Shown here: piece by piece, positions 7,978-15,149 of the stretch
Numbering within the stretch: position 1 is the stretch's first letter
Layout: each line of letters opens with the position of its first letter
DNA from: Bdellovibrionota bacterium FG-2
GTDB taxonomy: Bacteria; Bdellovibrionota; UBA1018
NCBI GenBank assembly: GCA_051382305.1
Contig: JBBCAV010000044.1
Coordinates: 1-22,409, forward strand
Length of the DNA: 22,409 nt
Direction of reading: 5' to 3'
Translations under genes and position numbers: made by a program
Notes under the pieces: generated by a model
Databases searched by the model: none
Told to the model about the DNA's origin: nothing
The model's input: only the letters and a program-made list of their open reading frames with translations

Positions 7978-8642
7978 GGGTCGCCACGAGCATTCGAAAA
8001 CGCTCCAATGCCTACAAGCCCCTTCGCTTGCCACCCAAAAACCCCACAAACTCCAACAAATCCTTCCCCCAGAATGAAGGCTTAAGCCCCATTTCTTCGA
8101 AGATTTTGCAGGCATCGCATTTCTGGGGGCCTAAAAAGGCTGTCGAAATCCCGAGCGAGGCCCCAGCTTGAATATCCGTTATCCCGTCTCCAATCATCCA
8201 TGCTGCCGGGCCGCCGTGCGCCTCAATTGCGGCCTCAAGGAGTCCTGTTTTGGGCTTGCGACAAGCACACTGATCTTCACTGCGATGAAAGCAAATATGG
8301 GAACTCTGAATCACGCCCCCTTGCGCCTGCGCGGCCGCAAGAACAGCTTGGTGCGTGTCCTCTAGGTTTTTGCGCGTGGTCCTGAATTTATCGTAAAGCT
8401 TGATCTGACCCTCTCGAAAAACGACGTTGCTCGTGTCCCATTGGCCTTCGTTTTTGAAGACCGTCATGAGTGCTGGAGCGCCGCTTGCCAAAAAGGTATT
8501 CCAAACCGCCCCAAAATCGACCGGCAAAAACGAATCCCCATAGGTCATCAGAAATTTGGAGTCCAAGACTCCTTGGTCGAGCGCCAGTCTGAGCGCGCCC
8601 GCCGTGCCCCGAAGCTCAGTGCCTTCGTCGACATACCGGACT
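7978..8642 (-). pseudogene. Repeat copy B: in-frame hddC'-'gmhB chimera (open frame 8012-8704) plus ~35 bp of gmhB downstream flank
   Basis: Aligns by eye to about 10007-10567 plus 11009-11278, fused at GCGT(C/G)GTC (8374-8381). Lacks both the GGLATR and DRDG catalytic motifs. Confidence 0.92.
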
Positions 8643-8849
8643 CTTATTTTAAGTGCCGTAAATTTGGCACTCTTTTTGCTTTTTAACCTAATATTGAGCT
8701 TCAATGGCCGTCAGCTTCGCTAAAAGCCATAAGAAATTGTATTTTAAGGTTTTTAGGGTTTCACTCAAGATGCCGATATTATATTTGAATGTTGCTACTT
8801 TACCGTAATTAGAGATATGGAATTTTTAGGGTTGAACTGTTAAACTATC

Positions 8850-8858
8850 TGATATACT
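8850..8858 (+). promoter_or_regulatory. Putative extended -10 promoter of cassette 3
   Basis: TGATATACT (TGn-TATACT) in an AT-rich intergenic region just upstream of the ORF at 8863. Confidence 0.4.
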
Positions 8859-8862
8859 TAAT

Positions 8863-9117
8863 ATGGCGCGTCATATGAATACTATGAAACCTATCATTAC
8901 CTTTAATCAAGAAGCCAAGGACGTCGTATTAGACGCTTTAGATAAAGCAAAAGACGCCGATGGTTTCATCGTTGAGAAGGGTAATCCTCTTCAACGTGTC
9001 CTCACAAAAGACGGTGAAGAAGTACCTGTATCAAAGTTTGCTGGTGTGAAAAAAGGATCTCTAATTTTCTTCAAATCGGATTTTAGTTCGTTAATTGAAC
9101 TCGCCAGCGATTTGTGA
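8863..9117 (+). CDS. Small hypothetical protein (start may be 8875 or 8884)
   Basis: Protein-like composition. GTGA overlap with the next gene. Confidence 0.7.
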   Translation: MARHMNTMKPIITFNQEAKDVVLDALDKAKDADGFIVEKGNPLQRVLTKDGEEVPVSKFAGVKKGSLIFFKSDFSSLIELASDL

Positions 9118-10007
9118 CTGACCTGAGATTTTTCGAGAAAGTTAAAAAGCTAGTATCTCGAATTAATATTCGAATTGACCTTAGTCGCTTCATAAATATT
9201 CAAGTCAACAACATCCACATCGCTAAGAATGATACCGATGCTATCTACGATGTCAAAGGTACGACCGCTCGAATCAACGTTCAGAAGCTGACTCAAATAG
9301 AGTTGAAAGAATTTCAACATCTTATCAATAGCGCCATCGACGATAGCATTCCTGTTATCGAGGAGCAATCCCACAATCTGGTCGAAGATTTTCTCGAAAA
9401 AGAGAAAAACTCCGGAACGCAACATATCTTACAAACGCTAAACGGCATTATTACTCCCGAGGATTACCAGGCGTTGCGAATGTCTCTTTATGTTAAGCAG
9501 GTTTTCGCTGAAGGCAAAAACATATCGCGCCTTAAGAATGACATCTCCTTTAAGTATGGTGATCGCGGCAATAAAATTTGTAATTTATGCTCAGCTGGAT
9601 ATTTTGAGACTTTTATTATCCCCCTTTATAACGAGATGAAATCTCGTTCTGGTTTTGATTCGGCGGCATTTCTGAAAATCTATGATGTTATAGTTAACCA
9701 AACTGCCTTCTCGGTATTTGTAAGTCGCAATATGTCGCTTGGTGAAATCGCGACAGCAGTTAAGAACAAGATTGCCGTGAACGAAAAATACGGCATCCAC
9801 TACTTTAATATTCATGGAATCGGCAAGAGTAACGTCAATAATATTCGGGCAGTCTTCACTAACTTAGAAGTAGAGAGAAACCTCACTAAAACCATCAACG
9901 AAAAAGATGACGTAATCTCTGTTAGGTGTGAATTTATTCCTTTGGCGCATGGCAGCCAGACTCTGACTGAGAAGTCCTCGTCTTCAACAACTCCTTCCAA
10001 AGAATAG
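9114..10007 (+). CDS. Hypothetical protein, 297 aa
   Basis: Long AT-rich ORF with no motif I can assign. Contains GNKICNLCSAGYF and IHGIG. Confidence 0.8.
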   Translation: MTDLRFFEKVKKLVSRINIRIDLSRFINIQVNNIHIAKNDTDAIYDVKGTTARINVQKLTQIELKEFQHLINSAIDDSIPVIEEQSHNLVEDFLEKEKNSGTQHILQTLNGIITPEDYQALRMSLYVKQVFAEGKNISRLKNDISFKYGDRGNKICNLCSAGYFETFIIPLYNEMKSRSGFDSAAFLKIYDVIVNQTAFSVFVSRNMSLGEIATAVKNKIAVNEKYGIHYFNIHGIGKSNVNNIRAVFTNLEVERNLTKTINEKDDVISVRCEFIPLAHGSQTLTEKSSSSTTPSKE

Positions 10008-10041
10008 GGTCCGCCGCGAGTATTCCAAAACGCGCCAATGC

Positions 10042-10767
10042 CTACAAGCCCCCTCCCTTGCCACCCAAAAACCCCACAAACTCCAACAAATCCTTCCCCC
10101 AGAATGAAGGCTTAAGCCCCATTTCTTCGAATATTTTGCAGGCGTCACATTTTTGAGGGCCTAAAAAGGCTGTCGAAATCCCGAGCGAGGCGCCAGCTTG
10201 AATATCCGTTATCCCGTCTCCAATCATCCATAAAGTGGTTTCTGGAGAGGGATGTCGCGAAAGCAAACTTCCTGTTTTTACACAACTTTCGCCATCCTTG
10301 GCTGTTGTGATTTTCGCGACACCACTCTCCAGTAAACCTGATGCGCGCAGGAGGTGATTTTCGCCGGTGGCGAAAATTTCTTTTAAATATGCCGGGCCGC
10401 CGTGCGCCTCAATTGCGGCCTCAAGGAGTCCTGTTTTGGGCTTGCGACACGCGCACTGATCCTCACTGCGATGGAAGCAAATATGCGAGCTTTGAATTAC
10501 GCCCCCTTGCGACTGCGCGGCCGCAAGAACAGCTTGGTGCGTATCTTCGAGGTTTTTGCGCGTCGTCTTGCCTTTAGCTGCCGAGGGTTGGTTGGTCACA
10601 ATCGCCAGGGCATATCCTGCTTGAGTGAGGCGAGCCAACGCTTCGGGCACGCCCGTAATCAGCTCGACTTGCGAAGGATGGAGCGGGCTATCGATGGTTC
10701 CATGTTCGGGATCGACAACGACACGGTTCAACACTCCATCCCGGTCCAGCAAAATCAGGGGCTTCAT
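10042..10767 (-). CDS. gmhB: D-glycero-D-manno-heptose 1,7-bisphosphate phosphatase (HAD IIIA) with a ~52-aa extra loop
   Basis: Motifs LLDRDGV, VTNQP, CFH...CACRKP (Zn site) and WMIGDG..DI. ATG 10767 has a GGAG RBS and an ATGA overlap. Confidence 0.92.
   Translation of the reverse strand: MKPLILLDRDGVLNRVVVDPEHGTIDSPLHPSQVELITGVPEALARLTQAGYALAIVTNQPSAAKGKTTRKNLEDTHQAVLAAAQSQGGVIQSSHICFHRSEDQCACRKPKTGLLEAAIEAHGGPAYLKEIFATGENHLLRASGLLESGVAKITTAKDGESCVKTGSLLSRHPSPETTLWMIGDGITDIQAGASLGISTAFLGPQKCDACKIFEEMGLKPSFWGKDLLEFVGFLGGKGGGL
10234..10335. repeat. 102-bp palindromic element in frame within gmhB, bounded by TAAA direct repeats
   Basis: CTGGAGAGGGATGTCGCGAAA (10242-10262) pairs with TTTCGCGACACCACTCTCCAG (10312-10332) at 19/21 positions. 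Inner CACAAC/GTTGTG stem. Precisely absent from copy C. Confidence 0.8.
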
Positions 10768-11507
10768 GGTGCACTCCCCGGCATTCTGTGCTGGGCAAGC
10801 CACTGATCAAAGTCTTTGAGTCCTTGAGGCGAGCCGATTTCGTAAAAGCGGGTTTTGACTTCCATGCCCGCCAGTTGCCCGCTTAGGCTCAGAGCATTGA
10901 AAAGCTCGGCCAAATCGGATTTGCCCACTTGAGGCACTCTCGTTTCAATCACTGATCGGTCAAAGGCCGATAGGCCATAGTCGATGTATTCCATGAGCTT
11001 GGCATCAGGCGTCGTCCTGAACTTATCGTAGAGTTTGATTTGACCATCCCGAAAAACGACGTTGCTCGTGTCCCATTGGCCTTCGTTTTTGAAGACCGTC
11101 ATGAGCGCTGGAGCGCCGCTTGCCAAAAAGGCATTCCAAACCGCCCCAAAATCGACCGGCAAAAACGAATCACCATAGGTCATCAGAAATTTGGGGTCCA
11201 AGACTCCTTGGTCTAGCGCCAGTCTGAGCGCGCCTGCCGTACCTCGAAGTTCGGTGCCTTCGTCGACATAGCGGACTTTCAGGCCCCAGCGAGAGCCGTC
11301 GCCTACGAATTTGCGGATCATCTCACCCTTGTAGGCGATGCTGAAAACGACTTCGGTAACTCCGTGCCTGGCGAGCCAGGTGAGCTGGTGGTCGGCAAAG
11401 GGACGGCCTGCGGCTTCGAGGAGCGCTTTTGGGACTTTTTCAGTCAGCGGGCGCATTCGAGTTGCGAGTCCACCGGCGAGAATCACGCATTGCACACAGG
11501 GCTGCAT
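10764..11507 (-). CDS. Sugar-phosphate nucleotidyltransferase (HddC-like heptose-1-phosphate guanylyltransferase)
   Basis: Motifs VILAGGLATRMRPLT..PKAL, GTAGAL, YGDS and EIGSP. Adjacent to gmhB. Confidence 0.88.
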   Translation of the reverse strand: MQPCVQCVILAGGLATRMRPLTEKVPKALLEAAGRPFADHQLTWLARHGVTEVVFSIAYKGEMIRKFVGDGSRWGLKVRYVDEGTELRGTAGALRLALDQGVLDPKFLMTYGDSFLPVDFGAVWNAFLASGAPALMTVFKNEGQWDTSNVVFRDGQIKLYDKFRTTPDAKLMEYIDYGLSAFDRSVIETRVPQVGKSDLAELFNALSLSGQLAGMEVKTRFYEIGSPQGLKDFDQWLAQHRMPGSAP

Positions 11508-11509
11508 GA

Positions 11510-13453
11510 TTACGAAGACCTCGTGATTTTCTTTTTAAGGGCAAAAACCGCTGAAAATAAGGCCGACCCCACTTGGGATAAGCCGGGGATTTTTCCGCCA
11601 ATCTTAGCGATGTACCGAGCGATGATGTGAGGAGGGGAGTTGAGTTGGTCCCTGAGGTGGGCCACGATTTCTTGTTGGTGAGTGACCGAATCACGGACTT
11701 GGCCCATGGTGAGCTGTAAGTGGGCATTCGCCTGCTGGCTTGCGCCTAATTGATGGTGAAGCGACTGGGTCTCTGCAATCAATTGGGTCAGTCTGTTGTG
11801 GCGCTGGTATTCTTGAAGGGCATTTCGGGGGAAGGGGGGCTGATTGAGGGGAAGGTTAAAGACGTTTCGTAGGTCTTGGAGATGTGTCTCGATATTTTCA
11901 ACCGTGGATACAGTCTCTTGAAATTCGGCTTCGCGTTGAATATCTGCATCCAGGTCAGGGGTGACGCCCAGTTTTTCGCAAAGAGTTTTGTAGAGTTCCC
12001 CAAACGAACGGAAGGGTGTTTCAGTGGAGAAGCTCTCGATCTCTCGAATGAGTCCAAAAACATTACGAAGAATAAACCAACTCGGTTTTACAGGCTCAAT
12101 AGCGGTCCATTCGAGGTCAAAAAGCTGGTATTCTGCTGGCCCTAGAACGATTGCATTATGGTAAATCGCGTCGAGTGCAAGTCCAGAAAGTTCAGAGGCC
12201 ACTTTCCATTTATTGAAAGACCAGCGTAAAAACGATTCAAGATCAGTCTGAAATCCAGACCAGTCTTTGAAGTACAGCCGTCGAACCAGCTGGGTTCTGA
12301 CCATGGCCCCTCGGGCGATGGGGGTATCCTCAGGTTGGTGCCACTGAAACTTCTTTGCTTTAGCTTGAGAGATGTCTGCACTCTTGCTTTCTAATGAAAG
12401 AGATCTTTTCTTTGTTTCGATCGGGGCTTCTAGGCTTGGGGCTGAAAATTTTGTAACCGACGGATTTTTGCGGCGGAGCGAATAATGCCATCCCAGTTCT
12501 CCTTCTGCGAGGTTGGTGCGAAGGATCTTTTGCAAAGTCTGAGATAGGGGATCGGGAGAGGCGACGAAGAGGAACGAATTGGAAAACTCAGGTAGCAGGC
12601 CGGCCTGGCTGATCGAATGCATGGCCAAAAGCTCAGGGAAAACATAAAAACGAGGAGTCCCGTAATTCTGAAAAGTCGCATTCTTGGCCATGTCAGCAGC
12701 AAGTTCAGGGGCTCGTTCGACTAGGGTGCGCGCAAGGACCGTGTTTGGGATTTTATAGTCCGGAAAGGGGTAAAACTCCTCCGTTCGCTCAAAGCCCGAG
12801 CGCTTGAGCATACCCAAAAGCTCTTGCCTCGAAAATGTGCGCGGGGTGGGTTGGGGCGGGTATCCTGCAATGCTGTCGAACATGGCGCCGGTATGGTCCT
12901 CAGCGGCTCCGCTCCAGTATTTGAGACCCAGTTTGTTTTCGATGGCCAGAATCAAAACGCCGTCTTTTTTCAAAAAGCTTGCGGCATGCCTGAGAAACTG
13001 ACCAAACGGCCCGTCCACTGAGCCGGGAGGCGGGTTGAGGTAAAGCTCCGAATATTCTAAAACTCCGATCACGCAAACCGCGTCAAAACGCTGGTCGGTG
13101 TGGAAGTCCTGAATATTGGAGACCGAGCCTTTCCAGTTTTTGAGGTCACGGAGTCGAACGGAAAGAGCGGCAAAACGAGCTTCGGTTCCTTCGACCACGG
13201 TCAGAGAGCGCGCACTTTCGGCCAGATAGCGTGAAACGCCTCCCATTCCGGCTCCGAGCTCGAGTATGTCGAGTCCTGATAGGTCCATGTGTCTAAAGAG
13301 GTTCGAGCGCTCTGGGCAGAGGTGGTATTCGACCGCCCAGTCGCCGTAGTGCTCCGAGGCAACGGAGCTGGAAGCGCGTAAATCTGTTTCGTTTTGAAGT
13401 AGGCCGAGGATCCGATTTTCAATAGTAACCCCGTCTGAGTAAGCAATCGACAT
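11510..13453 (-). CDS. Class I SAM methyltransferase with kinase-like middle region and C-terminal coiled coil (WbdD-like architecture)
   Basis: SAM motif ILELGAGMG, IGVLEY and ENKLGLKYW. Kinase-like DAIYHN...FDLEW. Q/L-rich heptads near the C-terminus. Directly downstream of wzm-wzt. Confidence 0.8.
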   Translation of the reverse strand: MSIAYSDGVTIENRILGLLQNETDLRASSSVASEHYGDWAVEYHLCPERSNLFRHMDLSGLDILELGAGMGGVSRYLAESARSLTVVEGTEARFAALSVRLRDLKNWKGSVSNIQDFHTDQRFDAVCVIGVLEYSELYLNPPPGSVDGPFGQFLRHAASFLKKDGVLILAIENKLGLKYWSGAAEDHTGAMFDSIAGYPPQPTPRTFSRQELLGMLKRSGFERTEEFYPFPDYKIPNTVLARTLVERAPELAADMAKNATFQNYGTPRFYVFPELLAMHSISQAGLLPEFSNSFLFVASPDPLSQTLQKILRTNLAEGELGWHYSLRRKNPSVTKFSAPSLEAPIETKKRSLSLESKSADISQAKAKKFQWHQPEDTPIARGAMVRTQLVRRLYFKDWSGFQTDLESFLRWSFNKWKVASELSGLALDAIYHNAIVLGPAEYQLFDLEWTAIEPVKPSWFILRNVFGLIREIESFSTETPFRSFGELYKTLCEKLGVTPDLDADIQREAEFQETVSTVENIETHLQDLRNVFNLPLNQPPFPRNALQEYQRHNRLTQLIAETQSLHHQLGASQQANAHLQLTMGQVRDSVTHQQEIVAHLRDQLNSPPHIIARYIAKIGGKIPGLSQVGSALFSAVFALKKKITRSS

Positions 13454-13463
13454 AGCATGGCCT

Positions 13464-14207
13464 TTATTTCAGGGATTGAAGATAGGCATCTGCGCCCTCT
13501 TTTGCGTTTCCGTCGTAAATCTTTTTCTGATTAGCGATCACGATACAGCGGTCACAGTGTTTTTTGACTGCATCGGGGCTGTGGGTGATGAGGATTACGG
13601 TGCGGCCTTCGTCGTGGAGGGCGTGAATTTTTTTGAGACATTTTTCCTGAAAGGCAGCGTCCCCTACAGCGAGGACTTCGTCGATTAAAATGATCGGGGC
13701 GGTGAGATGGGAGGCGATTGAAAAGCCCAGTCGAACGAGCATGCCGCTTGAGTAGTTTTTGACTGGCATGTGGATTTTTTCGTCGAGCTCAGCAAACTCA
13801 AGGATGGCGGGCAGCGCATCGAGTGTGGCCTTGCGGCCAAAACCGAGGATGGCCGCATTCAAAAAGATATTCTCGTAGCCCGAGAGGTCGCCGTGAAAGC
13901 CTGCGCCGAGCTCAATGAGTGGGGCAATCGGTGCGGAGACTTCGATTTTGCCAGATGTGGGAGTGTAGATGCCTGCGATGAGCTTGAGCAGCGTGCTTTT
14001 GCCCGCCCCGTTACGGCCCATAATACCGACAAATTCGCCTTGTTGGATGTCGAAGGAGACGTCGTTTAGGGCGCAAAAGCGTTCTCGATTGCCGAAGTTG
14101 AGTTTGCCTTTAAGGAGATTAACCAAAACGGTTTTGATGCTATTTGGACGATCACTCCAGTAGGAGAAGTTTTTGGTCAGGTGTTTGACTCGAATGACCG
14201 TGTTCAT
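13464..14207 (-). CDS. wzt: Polysaccharide ABC exporter ATP-binding subunit
   Basis: Walker A GRNGAGKST, signature YSSGM, Walker B IDEVLAVGD. Confidence 0.93.
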   Translation of the reverse strand: MNTVIRVKHLTKNFSYWSDRPNSIKTVLVNLLKGKLNFGNRERFCALNDVSFDIQQGEFVGIMGRNGAGKSTLLKLIAGIYTPTSGKIEVSAPIAPLIELGAGFHGDLSGYENIFLNAAILGFGRKATLDALPAILEFAELDEKIHMPVKNYSSGMLVRLGFSIASHLTAPIILIDEVLAVGDAAFQEKCLKKIHALHDEGRTVILITHSPDAVKKHCDRCIVIANQKKIYDGNAKEGADAYLQSLK

Positions 14208-14208
14208 C

Positions 14209-15009
14209 TTAAATTCGCTCCACGACTTCTGATCGAACGGCTTGGTGGAGTAGAATTGCCCCTATCAATACGATAGCTGCCCATGCCCCCGCTGCTCCGA
14301 TGTTGAGGGGTTGGGGCCAGTCGCCATCGACAAAAATACGGTGAAGACCCGTAAAAATAGGTGCCACGGGATTGGCAAAGAGGATCCATTTGTAGCGCTC
14401 GGGGATCATTTTTTCCTGATAGATGACCGGTGTGGCGTAAAACCAGACTTGGACGATGATTCCCATAATGTGTCGGAGATCCCTGAAATAGACAAACGCG
14501 ATGGAGAGGATCAAGGCAAATCCATAGGTGATCGCAAACAGGGCCAGCACATAATAGGGGATGAGAATGAGCGAGAGGCCGAGGTTGTGATGGGATAGCC
14601 AGGCCACCATCAATAAAATAGGAAGCGCTAGCGTTAAGGTCACGATATTAGTAATCGTCCCCACGTATGAAAAGATCTGGATCGGAACGGGAACTTTAGA
14701 GACCAGGCCCCAATTGCCTACGACTGATTCCATGCCCTCTAAGATGCTTTGGACAAAGAAAGTCCAAGGGATTGTACCGGTGAGAATGAAGATGAGATAA
14801 TTAGGGATCTGGATATTCAGGATAAGTCGGAAAACAAAGTAATAGACCCCGGCCATGGCTAAGGGATTGAGGAGTGTCCAGAAAACCCCCAGAACCGAGC
14901 GGCGGTACTTGATTTTGAGGTTTCGGCTGACCATATTGAAGACAAGAAACTTTTTGCCGAGGCAAAAGATGTCTACGCCGAAGGGTTTGAAGGCAAGGGG
15001 TTGGGGCAT
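14209..15009 (-). CDS. wzm: Polysaccharide ABC exporter permease
   Basis: Motifs KYRRSVLGVFWTLLNP, FRDLRH, FYATPVIY and NP. About six hydrophobic segments. Confidence 0.93.
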   Translation of the reverse strand: MPQPLAFKPFGVDIFCLGKKFLVFNMVSRNLKIKYRRSVLGVFWTLLNPLAMAGVYYFVFRLILNIQIPNYLIFILTGTIPWTFFVQSILEGMESVVGNWGLVSKVPVPIQIFSYVGTITNIVTLTLALPILLMVAWLSHHNLGLSLILIPYYVLALFAITYGFALILSIAFVYFRDLRHIMGIIVQVWFYATPVIYQEKMIPERYKWILFANPVAPIFTGLHRIFVDGDWPQPLNIGAAGAWAAIVLIGAILLHQAVRSEVVERI

Positions 15010-15149
15010 GATGCATCATGAATAGCTGAGGTAGAGGGGGAAGGCAACCGGCACCTACATTTAAAGAGGAAATCAGTGGAGAAAGGGTTGTTCGGAGGGA
15101 GAGGGGGGAACTGTTCTGAATGCTCAAGTCAGATAGAGCGCTCACATGA

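Noticed and set aside
5490-8642. Repeats as a simple assembly duplication artefact
   Set aside because: The copies carry many distinct substitutions and distinct deletions, so they are not identical duplicates. A strain-chimeric assembly still needs long reads to exclude.
2244-10041. Classical integron or CRISPR array
   Set aside because: No tyrosine recombinase, no convincing RYYYAAC...GTTRRRY attC sites, and no short regularly spaced repeats or cas genes. The spacers are gene-derived and about 650 bp long.
10231-10390. Intein in GmhB
   Set aside because: Only 53 aa, with no N-terminal Cys/Ser block or C-terminal His-Asn. DNA palindromy explains it better.
5490-11278. Diversity-generating retroelement (template/variable repeat pair)
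   Set aside because: Differences are mainly synonymous and not adenine-specific, and no reverse transcriptase is in the window.
15010-15149. Purine-rich intergenic tract as an ops/JUMPstart element or ncRNA
   Set aside because: No GGCGGTAG ops motif on the coding strand and no convincing structure.
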